From positions 12,896,001-12,960,000 of the forward strand of contig NC_134025.1 of the NCBI RefSeq assembly GCF_964204645.1: a stretch of DNA of 64,000 nt, given 5' to 3'. This document shows positions 27,101 to 39,100 of the stretch, piece by piece. The DNA is from Tubulanus polymorphus (lineage: Eukaryota > Animalia > Nemertea). Every line of letters starts with the position of its first letter. The first letter of the stretch is position 1. The notes under the pieces were generated by a model. That model did not search any database. It was not told the DNA's origin and was given only the letters and a program-made list of their open reading frames with translations. The translations under genes and the position numbers were made by a program.

Positions 27101-28400
27101 GGAAATTTTGAAGATGCTTTGATTAATTACCTTGATCTTTTGTTTATATTTGAATCTACCAAAGGCCCATCAGCATAAGAAAATTGGGTCGATCTGACTC
27201 AAGATGGCCGTCCTATGACCTTTTTAGTGCCCAAAAATGTCAATTTTGGCCAGAATTCTAGGTCCTGTAGCTTCCTACTGGTTTGCCATTTCTCATTGCA
27301 ATTGCTGATGGGTACTCTTTAGAGAGGGATGTTTTATACCTGGGACAGGTATTTTGATCAGCCAATTATAACGCAATTGGCGGCCATCTTGTGTCATCAG
27401 TACTCATTCGTAGGTGGGAAAAAGTTTTTCCACATTAAATTGATACCTAAGCATATTGTGTTACTATATTCAATTGGAAAGTTGTAGCCCATAACGTGTT
27501 CTATGATTTTGGTGAGTTTCAAGGTCATTGGTTTTTGTATGTGGCCATCAGGGGGCGTTGAATAATACAATAACTTAGTATCGCTATATTATATTTGTAC
27601 CAAGGCATATTTTGTTGCCATGATCAATTGCAAAGTTGTAGTTCATGACATCGTCTATGATTGTGGTGAGTTTTTAAGGACATTAGTTATTCCATATAGT
27701 CACCAGGGGGCGTTGAATATTAGAAAAGCTTAGTTTTTCCTTATTAGACTGGTACCTAAGCATAGTTTGTTACCATGATCCATTGCAAAGTTGTAGATCA
27801 TGACATCGTCTATGATTGTGGTGAGTTTTTAAGGACATTAGTTATTACATATAGTCACCAGGGGCGTTGAATAGTAGAATGGCTTAGTATTTCCTTATTA
27901 GATTGGTACCTAGGCATATTTTGTTACTATGATCAATTGCAAAGTTGTATTTCATGACATGTACTACAATTGTGGTGAGTTTTAAGGTCATTGGGTTTTG
28001 CATATGGTCACCAGGGGCGTTGAATAGTAGAATAACTTAGTATTTCCATATTAAATTGGTAACGAGGCATATTTTGTTATCACAATCAATTACAAAATCA
28101 TAGCTGCTCACATGTTCTATGATTGTGGTGGGTTTCAAGGTCATTGGTTTTTGTATATGGTCACTAGAGGGCGTTATGTATTGAAATTGTTAGATTGTTG
28201 AGCATTTGAAACCACTTCCCAAGTGAGCATGGTGTCCCTGGACCCCTAGTTTGGTTTTGTCGCCCGCGACAATTCATTATTCTGGTTTTGTCGCACGCAA
28301 CAATTCAATATTTTGTTTTTGTCGTCCGCGACAATTCATAGTTTTGTTTTATGGCCCCCGACAATTCATTAGTTTGGTTTTGTCCCCGTGGTTTTGTCGG
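24120..28400 (+). repeat. 31-bp satellite array (consensus TTTTGGTTTTRTCGCCCGCGACAATTCAWTA), interrupted at 26847-28250
   Basis: Roughly 90 tandem units; it produces the overlapping spurious ORFs in all three + frames. Confidence 0.97.
26847..28250 (-). mobile_element. Non-autonomous Helentron/HINE-like element, copy 2, inserted in the 31-bp satellite
   Basis: Reverse-complement homolog of 6105-7353 end to end with more internal repeat units; the satellite resumes directly at 28251. Confidence 0.8.
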
Positions 28401-29519
28401 AACATTAAGTTTTTTGGTCGAACAGTGTGTTAAGGTCGTTTTGGAAATTTACTCGGTCTGGAATATTTTGGATTACTGTGTATGTCATTTGTCAGGACAT
28501 TAAACAGAAGACGACTTAGGATACTACCATGCGTGACTCCACTAGTTAGACCGTCTCATTCCAAGATGAGGCGTTCGGTTGATTTCGGTTACAAGTTTTG
28601 TCAGAGATAACTGCTGAGCCATTTGGGCGACCTATCATTGATACTGTTTCCTAATAGCCTATTTAGTAATGGCTGACGTTGAGCCTTATCAAATGCTTTG
28701 TTGAAATCCACCGTTGAACAGGATTCTAAGACTGTGCAGAAAACCTGTTATCGCTGCTTCGCAGCTATATTTATTTTTTTTTCCCTTTTCCACACAGTTT
28801 TTGTTAAAAGTGTAAAGGCTTCCTTACCTTACCGCTGTCGCCGATACAATCCGTATGATATCCTTCAGCTCACTTCAATCTCCAGATACTGCATGGGAAT
28901 TTTGATAAATCCACGTTATGAAGGCACTGTCGAGCCGTAAACATCGGAAATTTTGCTCCGTTCAATTAGTAGCCATGTTGTGTTTTCTTTCCGAAATTTC
29001 TTTCTTCTTTATGAGGAAGAGCTATCGAATTATTCCCTCTCTTCTCCACAATCAATTTCAAAGTCAATTTTATGAATTTATTGCTCAGCGGGCCGAGTCA
29101 AAGGGTTTACGAGTCCGGGGTTCGCGTGTCTGACAGGTTTACAGGCATTTGTTTGTTACCTCTTTAATATTTTTGATTTCTTGTTATTCCGGTTATTTCA
29201 TTTAAGTATATTGCTGATCAGTTCATGTAACCAAAAGCGTCAATAAACAGATTTTGTATTGATCAAGTTTAGATCAAGGTCGTTGAGTCGCGTAGGGCTA
29301 CTAGAATTATGTTCGTCTCAGAGAGAAAACAAACGACAGAAAAGTATCAGGTGATTATCGATAGCCTACTACGGTACACACAGTTGACAGTGTTAGGCCT
29401 GTGCCGGTTGGTGCGCACTGGGACTAAATATACTGGTTGGTCAGTTGGTTCAGTTGTGAAGTGTGGAAGCTAAGAAAGCCTACCAGTATTTATTTTTCTA
29501 TAGGCCTATTATAGTAGCC

Positions 29520-30100
29520 AATACCATTTTGAATACGAAGTTGTAACCCGTATGTGACTGTACGGTGATCTCCACAGGTTAACCGTACGTGAGTTCCCTA
29601 CTAACGCCGTACGTGAGTTCCTAGGCCTAGTACCCAATACCATTTTAATTACGAAGTTGTTACCGTACGTGACTGTACGGTGATATCCACAGCTTAACCC
29701 TACTAACGCCGTACGTGAGTTCCTAGTTCCAAATACTATTTTAATTACGAAGTTGTTACCGTACGTGACTGTACGGTAATATCCACAGGTTAACCGTTCG
29801 TGAGTTCCCTAAAAACGCTGTACTTGAGTTCCTATAATCTGCAAACACGCATGTTTGAAAGAATAGAGTTTGGGTTAGGTGAGGCTAGGCTATTTCTAAA
29901 TCATATTTCATCCACCCTGCAGTTACGTTCCGTGGCACAGTGGGTAAATCACTGGACTACTACTGGATTTTTTTTCGTTTGGTTTCGAATCCCTATATTG
30001 CAAGTCTGAGCATAGCGTCAACATACTCACATATGGCTAACCTGTAGAAATCACCGTACAGTCACGTACAGGTTACAACAGCGTTTTAAGTATAAAGTGA
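29520..30100. mobile_element. MITE-like element with triplicated left TIR, TTAGG-like tract and tRNA-like segment
   Basis: Three direct copies of ..GTGACTGTACGGTGATNTCCACAGGTTAACC.. (29520-29810) and one inverted copy (~30025-30090). Confidence 0.7.
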
Positions 30101-33100
30101 GTACGACAAGCCTACCATGCCTATGTACTACAAACGCAACTTTTTCCCTCTCGTCGGCCCTACAGTGATGTTACTATAACTGGTGCCATTATAACATGGA
30201 TAGGATTAGGTCAGGACTAGCCTAAAGTCTAATTCAGTCTATGTACTAATTCACTCGATAGGCCTATTTCTAAAACAATACAGTGAAGTAACATGCAGAA
30301 AGGCTAATTGATTTGAGCCATGTGATTAAATTTGGCCAGGCCTTCTCTGACCTGCTGACATTAATAGTCAAACCAAAATGTTCATGTGGTCACGGCTTGT
30401 ATACCAAAAATCATTGTAGGCCTGTACATTTTGCTGTTTATAGGTTTGGTATACCGATTTCTCCATTCTTGACTGATAAGTGTACGGTACAGCTGTACAC
30501 ATTATACAATTGTTCCAATGGGAATAGGGCCTAACGTTCATTCAAATATCCAACATTGGTGAAAGTTTGATTACAGTATACGTGTACTGTAGGTTTTCAT
30601 GTTGTATGAATATTTTGCAGTTCAAATGGGAATGATGCTGATTCCAATGTCAAACGCAAGAAGTTAGATGGTCAAGGACAGTCAACACCAATGAAGATAT
30701 CTCTCTTCGACCGATGTTGCACCATAGAAGATCTGATTCTTTCAACTCAAGGAAAGTGATTCAACACGATCGACATAACACTGGAATAGGTTTGCAGTAA
30801 CTAACTGTTCATTTCATTTAGTCCTATGTACTTCTTAGCCAATTTGGATTTGATTGTTATTGAAACTCTGGAACTGTTAACAAAAGACAAGTAAGACAAG
30901 TTGAAAAAACACAAGTTATGCTTGATTCTCATGTTCAAATTTAATTCAAATTCAAATTTATTTTATTACATCATATTTACAAAGCATATCATTGGTTCAT
31001 ACAGTAATAAAAATTAGGACAGAACAAATATTATTACAGAATTTCCAAAAAGGCAATGAATTTCTATAACTAAATGAACATTATTTTTCTAATAACTCAG
31101 ATCAAGAGTGACTCTCCCGTTTATTAGGAAACACACACAACTAGTGGAATAGGTTTGATTTACACACATGTTGCAGGTATCAATTGTTTATCACTATAGA
31201 ATTTGTAATCCATAAAAGCCAAAATCAACATCAGGTGGAAACTCAGACCAAATCAATTCATAATTTATTGATTGAATCTACACTACAATATGTATTTATT
31301 CAAATATTTCAATAAAAACATTAACTTCTTAAATCTATTCTAAATCATAATACGTTCTTATCTGTAAATTTACTCAATCTATCGACTCAGCAGGTGCTTA
31401 AGATGAGTTCTTAATAGGACAGATCCATTTTTAAGCATGGTGATAATACAGTATCATGATGTTTGAATGCCAAAATAAATGCCTGGTCAAATAAATTAAT
31501 ATTTGTTGATTGTACGTCCGCGTATGTTCGGTTTCAAAGCTGTATCATATTTGACGTTTACACAGTGGTTGCATATTAGGTTCGAATCTGTCAATGCATT
31601 TTATTCTATGTATCGATATTTCAATTTACTACAATTCCCATCATTCTGAATGGCTTTGCAGAAAACCCGTCATCACTGCTTAGCAGCTATATTTTATAAT
31701 TCATTTTCTTGTTAGGCTAATATACACTTCCATACACCATGCATTTCAAAGCACCAATGGGTTCCAGTTCATTGTCCATTGTTATTCTGGATTCTGCTTA
31801 AAGAAAACTGGGCTACATACTTCGAACAAGGGAAGCTATTTCAACACCTTTCCGCTCTGATTTTTATGTAATAGCCTATGTACTTCTAAAGACATACACC
31901 TAACTTTACTTCAACATATAAATCCTTGCTCACTAGGAATAGTTGTGTACTAGACCTAATGCAGACAAGTTTTTTTCTTGGATGGAGCTGGGCTTAACTC
32001 GATATTCCTGATATATTTCTGATTAATCAAGCCAGTGCTTAATTTGATGAAAGCACCAATAATGAAAATGTTATTGCTTTTTGCCATTTTAATTGGATTG
32101 AAGTCTGATTAATCAGAAATAGATCTCCGTAGACGTTTTCATTAAAGCTTGATAGTGAGGAGCGCTCTGCGAATGAAATGTACTTCGTTCAGCAATCAAC
32201 TCATTTGTGCCATTATGATCGGTTGCAGACATTTAAAGGACAGACTCCTTATCGATTCTGCCGTCAGGGTCTGCCTAGTTCCGATAGTCGGCACGATTAT
32301 TCATCACGGTTCATCGTTGATGCGGACAGGTTTTTGGTCACGTCACACGGCTCGATTGACCGCTTCCATTGGCGGAGGCCGGTCCATAGAGAATATGGAA
32401 ATATTCCATTCCATACGATGAGGCATAATCCGTTTCCAGTCAATGTCTATGATGGAACTCATCATGATAGAGAGCAATATTTTAGAGAAGCGTGTTTTTT
32501 AGAATACACCGCAGGAGGTATTCCTAACAATATTTTTTTTTTGTTCTTTTGTATTTTTGCATTCTATAAAAAGAACTGTGGTTGGCAATCCTATACCAAC
32601 TAATATCTGTTTTGCGTATATAGAGCGACTTGTAAGTCCACCTTTCGGCTGGGTGCAGGTTAATGTAATTGACCCGCATTATATGTATTTATATTGCACG
32701 TGTCTCTAACTATAAAGATGTAGGTTCAAAATGCGTAGCAAAAAAGTAAGAATATCATTTGATTCATATGACACAATTTTTCAGTCAGGCCTGAAAACTA
32801 AGGCTATGTACGCATGTATTCGGATTGCGAACTCCAGGGGACCAGAAAATATGTTCCTTTTAGCCCATAATTTGTTATACACGGTATGAAATGATTTAAA
32901 TTTGGGATGAAATTTTTGGTTTGTAATAACTGATGAATGATTATATCTGAGGTGGTTATAACTAGGTTCAATTGCAGTAGTCCCTTATGTTTTGGTGACC
33001 CAAGTCTACTCTTTCAACTCATTCTGTTATTTCGATTAAGACTTGATTATTATTCCGTCGAGATCACGAACCGAAGCATTGGCAAACAGCTTGGCAAAAT

Positions 33101-33163
33101 AACATTATATATGCCAAATTAGTATCAATATGTTAAGGACCTAAATGGTTCTCATCTTTTCAG

Positions 33164-36100
33164 AACACGATGTCCGTGATGAAGATTTCGGAAATTATAG
33201 CTATAACAGAGGTGGTAGCTGGAGTTCATGGAGAGGAACAGGACGTAAGAGCCAAGGTTATCGTGGAGGCAACCGCCGAAGCAGCGGGGGATACCGGGGT
33301 GGAGCCAGAGGCGGCTACAAGAAAGATAAAGGTAAGCTTAGGATCAAGAAGTCTTCTGATAAAAAGTGATGTTCATTTTGTTGGTAGTTTTTGTATCTAA
33401 TCTACATACAATGCGTTTAAACATAGGCCGATTTGTCATAATTTCATTTAAAAAGACTTTAAAAAAAAGATTTTCAACAATTGACGCAAACGAAATTCAG
33501 GGATCAGTTTCAAATTAGTTAGGTGCAGATTGTGGAGGTAGTACATTTTGAAATAAACTTATGAATAGTGAGCTTGAATGAATTCGTGTGATTTTTACCA
33601 AAAAAAATTATATTCTTTGTTATGGACTTTCGATTTTCATAAAAACTTCTTGATTCAATCAAGGGGGGACATCTTAGGCTTTTTTGATTACTTGGAGCAA
33701 GGATTCTCTGAAATTCTGCCAAAAACTTCGTGCCGAAGATAGGTATGCGTTTCCATTCATAATTTGAAAAAAGAAATTAAAAAAAAAATATTTTCGTCCA
33801 TATTTTCGATCTGATTGTCTGTAAAAGGTCAGTTTTCTCCCATCATTTGAATTCAATCCAATAGAGTTTTCTCTCTTTTTGATTTGTTCTACTTAATCTC
33901 TAGAGTATCAATGCTGGATTAAACATACACTTGTGTAAATTTAGGAAAGTCCATATAAGAATTATATTTCATGTTTTTTTTCATAAGTTACTATAGCCAA
34001 AAATAACTATAGAGTCAAAACTAATACTTAAGTATACGGCTTGAAAGCTCAAAACAAACATGATGAATATGTTTATGTACAGTTTTACTTGGCTTTATTC
34101 TATCAATTTATGGAGTAAAATGGTCTTTGTAGTCAGGGATGAGCATTCCCCGTGGATTTCGGTATTGAAAAATATCAATTTTCCAAATAGTCCAAAAATG
34201 ATGTAAAAGTATGGGGGGGTGGTGATCATCTCATTCAATTGGTCTGGCGCGATCGGTAATCAGGTGAACCGTAAAAGCGTTCAGAGCCTGTTTTACTTAT
34301 CGTTACGTAAAAGCATTTCAATGCATATTCACTGCAACACAGTGATTTTGTATCTACATATGTACTACGATGAGTGTGTATGTATTTTATCGATCGGTTG
34401 CAGACACGCGCGTGCGGCTACAGTAGTAATGTACATAGGCCTACTTACTGTTGCCGCGCGTGTGTGGCGAACGCCTTCAGAAATTATACACTACTGGGTG
34501 ATGATTTTTAGTGAGCATTCATCGACGCATTTTTACTGCAATAATTCAGGGCTTGACCCGTAATGCATGAGATGCTGAATGTCATCGAATGAGGATGTAC
34601 CACATTGGAACTGGCCATTACCTTCCAAAATATAATAGTCGTTTATGGGTTCAAGATCGCTCTAAGTGCTCGGAAAACGCATTTAATTTCTAAAATTTTC
34701 TTGGGGGAGGGCCCTAACCCCCCGAAATAGCTTCGCGCCTTCGGCGCTCGCTAGTGCTGACGGCTATGCCGTCAGCTGGTTCGCGTGTGCAACTCAAGAA
34801 AAAAAAACCCGCGGATTTTACAGGTCGGCGTTCTCATCCCTGGTAGTACCTCTTGAAATTCCACTGACAGGTTTTCAAATTGCAGGAGTGAATCCTCTGT
34901 CGAGACTAGATGACGATGAAGATGTTGATATGGTTGGAACCGGAGGGCCTGAAACATCGCGTCAACGTTATAACCCTTACAGTAAAGGGGGACGTCGTGG
35001 TACCAGTTCTAATCGAGGCAGAATTAATGATTCAGGTATGGAATGTCTACATTTTAAACAAAGCTTTGCTTCCTGTAAACGGTATTTTACTTGCTCCGTT
35101 GAATGATATTTTTCAATGTATAAAAACAGTATGATATTCTCACCATCCGTTATGGGAACATGCAAATATATATATATAGAGGTAGCCTACGGCCCAGGGT
35201 GCTGTGCATCAAGCATGCACTAGAGGGACAGAATCTTTTTCCCACTACAACCAAGCTTTTCGTATCTAGACCTTTCCACAATCATACCAAGGCCGCACTA
35301 AATATACTTACCGAATATTTGCAGGGTGAGAATAGCATAAAAAAGGGTTATGCATTAATTTTCTTCCACCATCTGTAGACATAATCAAGTTTATTTTTGG
35401 GAGATTATTGAAAACAACTGGAGATAAAAATTTGGTCTGATCGGAATCAAATTGGCCGCCATCGATATATGCCAAAATTAGTACTATTTACACATTGTTG
35501 GTATCGGAAATATTGCAGGCACATCAACTATTTCTTGAGGTTTTTATATGTAGGCCTATATTAATCACCCTAGGGTCCATAAGCTAAGATAAATCGAGTA
35601 GATAGCTATCATCGTGCTGTAGTATTCTTGCACACATCGCAATGATATTATAATATTGTAGTCAAGTAATTCACTCTGATAAATTTGACACACTTCTCAG
35701 AAGCCATGTGTGAAGCTGAAAAAAATCCATTTTAGGCCCGAAGCTTCTTTATGTTTTCCATAAATAACATTGAAATTTAAGAAGATACATTTTGAAAAGA
35801 CATCTTAAAAATATCAGATTTGTTTTTTTTTTTCAATTAGTTAAATTTTGTGCATATATGTCCCTGGAACCCTTAAATGTTTCATGTACAGTTACCGTGT
35901 TAATTTTGCTTGGATTTTCAGTTACTAAAAGATTAGGAATGCCATTTCGAGATACTAGAGGTGGGAGGCGGGGCGGGCGCGGCAGCAGGTCTGGAGGCAA
36001 CTACAACAGTGGACCCAATGCGTGGTACAGAATTGTGGTAAGTAACTGGTGAATCAACATATTTGAGTTGTATAATTAAGGTCATGCATGGGCGTCCCCA

Positions 36101-39100
36101 GGATTTTTTTTCGGGCAGTTCGATTTTAGGAGGTCTGAGGTCCTCCCACAGAAAATTTTTGAAAATTCCTGCAAGCAGGCACATTCTGGTGCAATCAGAG
36201 GCCGAAAGGTAGGTAGGCTACCATTTACTTTGCATGTATCGATTCTATTTTCCTAATTTAGCAAATGCAGAACATGTGCCCACATTCGTCGTCGTTTGAA
36301 AATTCAAACTACTGAACCCCCCTAGGGACGTCCATGATATGTTCTAGTTTAATATTGTTATGGTAGTGTTCTGGAATAAGATTGAGGTTAATCGCTCGGT
36401 GCCCCAGTGACATACATGTATGTCTCAATTTCGGTAAATTCTATGATGACACTGGATGTACACCTAATATCATGTATTAACTGTGCCTTATTTCCAGTTG
36501 CGATCTGGGATAAAAAAAGGAAAAATACGGCAGGCTTTACCTCCCTCATAGGGCATGGGTAGTAATGCCAATGTCAGGATATAACCATTGTGACTGCTGT
36601 TTATACCCTTGAGAAATAATGACATGTAATTCATGGATATCTGAATATAGATTACAAGTTGATATGTTCTAATTAAAGATACCATATGGACGAAAAGCTG
36701 ACAAGGATTTCATCCTCAAAAACATCACTAAGCTTTCAGATTTGCCATTTGTTCCACACCAGGTAACCATATAATTGAATTTTCAATCGACTTTTTGTTG
36801 TTAATAATCAATCGGAAATTGTTTCTCTAATGATGATCATCTATCTATTACAGTTTCACTTCGAAAACAATAATGCAGTTTTCTTAGTTCAAGATACTCG
36901 GGTCGCACAAGCTATCCGCTCAGTCAATAAACGCATCACCATGCCTAATGGTTTTAAGGTATTGATTTGAGATATTATACCTTGTTTTCTGTAGAATTAG
37001 GGCCTGTACTAGTATTTATTTTTCGACATCTTATAAAGTACTGTTTGATATAGCGGCATGGCAGGTGTCATGCTAGGGCTGGATTGCAACTGGTAAACGG
37101 ACATCGTTCAAATCAGGGATAATCCGACCCAAAGAAATTTTACAAATTAAATACATTCCAAGTGATTGTGAAATCCAACTGAGATATAATATATAATATA
37201 TTTTATTTCCACTAAATATTATAATATATCATTATACATTATAAAAATGAAGTGAAATGAAATATTTTAATATTAAGCAGGGGAGACTTGAAGAAGCCGG
37301 TTAATGTCAAACGAGCAACTTATGTCAAACGAACAGTCAGTCCCCCAACAACGGGGACTATATATATATATCAGTCCATATATAATTGAATAATTTATTG
37401 GATGGGGCATTGGATGCCTAGTTAGTTTGAGAGCAAGTTAGAGCAAAATATGCATATTGAATAAGGTTCTTAATTTCATTTTAGAAAAGCTAATAGCAAT
37501 TTACCTCTGGTATCCAAAAATTCAACATTCAATAGGTGTTAAATGTTTATACATTATCAGATTATTCAACACCTAGAGATGGTGATAAGTTTTAGTCTAC
37601 TTATCTTGTGATGATTATAGCAGAATTTGACAGTGACATCAGATTACGTTTTTGTTTGTTTGCAGATGATAATTACAATGCAGGAAACTTCACCTCCAAA
37701 CCCGCCACTGGATGATGACACAGTAGAGAAATTAAAGGTACGTAATCTATTTTGAATGCGACACCTTTTCACTGAAACTGAACAAAGATATTTTACCTCA
37801 CACTCTGTCATTGTCAAATGGACCAGGCATTCTGTAGCCTACTCATTTAAAAATGTTCTTGGTACAATTGCTGAGATTTATTTGAATACTCAATATTGAT
37901 TTGGATTAACTTCAACAGATTTCCTCGTGAATATATGTATATCTTATCGTAACTGATTCATTGGCCTTATGAATGTGGAAACAATCGTATATATCCATAA
38001 TATATATTTTGTATATAAGAGAAAGTGCACACTCTGTCTCATGTCCGTTTGAATATTCCTGTTATTATTATCATTGAGGTATTCATTGTCGACTGTTAGC
38101 TTCCAAGTAGGATGAATGTTCTTCTACAATTTGAAAGTTTATTCATCTTTTGTTGTAGCTCTGCATGAGTAATCGTTATGATCCACAAACTAAGTCACTT
38201 AACTTATCAAGTCTGGCCACTGATGAAGGTAAGCGACGAAATTTTCATCATTTCAGGGGTTAACGATCTCTACTCATAGCACTGAAAGAGTTGTATGAAT
38301 AATATTTTCAGAGTTGTCGAAGGAAAAGATTTTCCTGCCATTGTCTCGAGTAACTGTGTTCGATAAAGTTGTGGCCATAGTCGAGGAGTTTATTCCAGAA
38401 GTATGTGAAATAACTTTTTTAGAATTTCATTTTCAGCTCCAGCAAGCAATTGCCATTTCTATTTAATAACTAAATGTAAAGGAGCTTGCTTATATAGATA
38501 ACTGCATAAAACGTTTGAAAGTTTGTGTTGCAACCTACGCTGTCTGTAAATTATAGATCATATGCTCTCAAGATTTTACTTTCTGAGAATAGTCATCCAA
38601 ATGATACTTTAGTATAGGCATATAGCTGCATTATGTGACAACCTATGATTGGCCTGATAGGAAAAATATCACTGATTAGCCTCAAATTTATTTAGCCACT
38701 CAATCCTGCTTCATTTTACAGCAGTGCCATGTTTTATGACATGGTAGCAAGAGTATACAATAGTGAAAATTCAGACATTCTCTAAAGCTGCAAAAGGATG
38801 AGATACCTTGAAAAGTGTGAAGTGATAAGAAAGTAACTCCTTCTACTGTATAAAGATTTAGCTTACATAAATTTCACATTAATGTACCACTTATGTTCCC
38901 TTTGTTTGTAGTGTTCTATGCTATGATTTTAATCATCCCAAATGATTAATTTTTTTCATTGAATTTTTCAATTGTTTTTAAGGTGGAGTCGATTGACCTG
39001 TCTGAAAACAAATTGTACAATCTACTGTCGGCATCAAAATTAAGCAAAATGAAGAATTTGAAGAAACTCAATCTGTCAAAAAATGTGGTATGTAGCTAGT

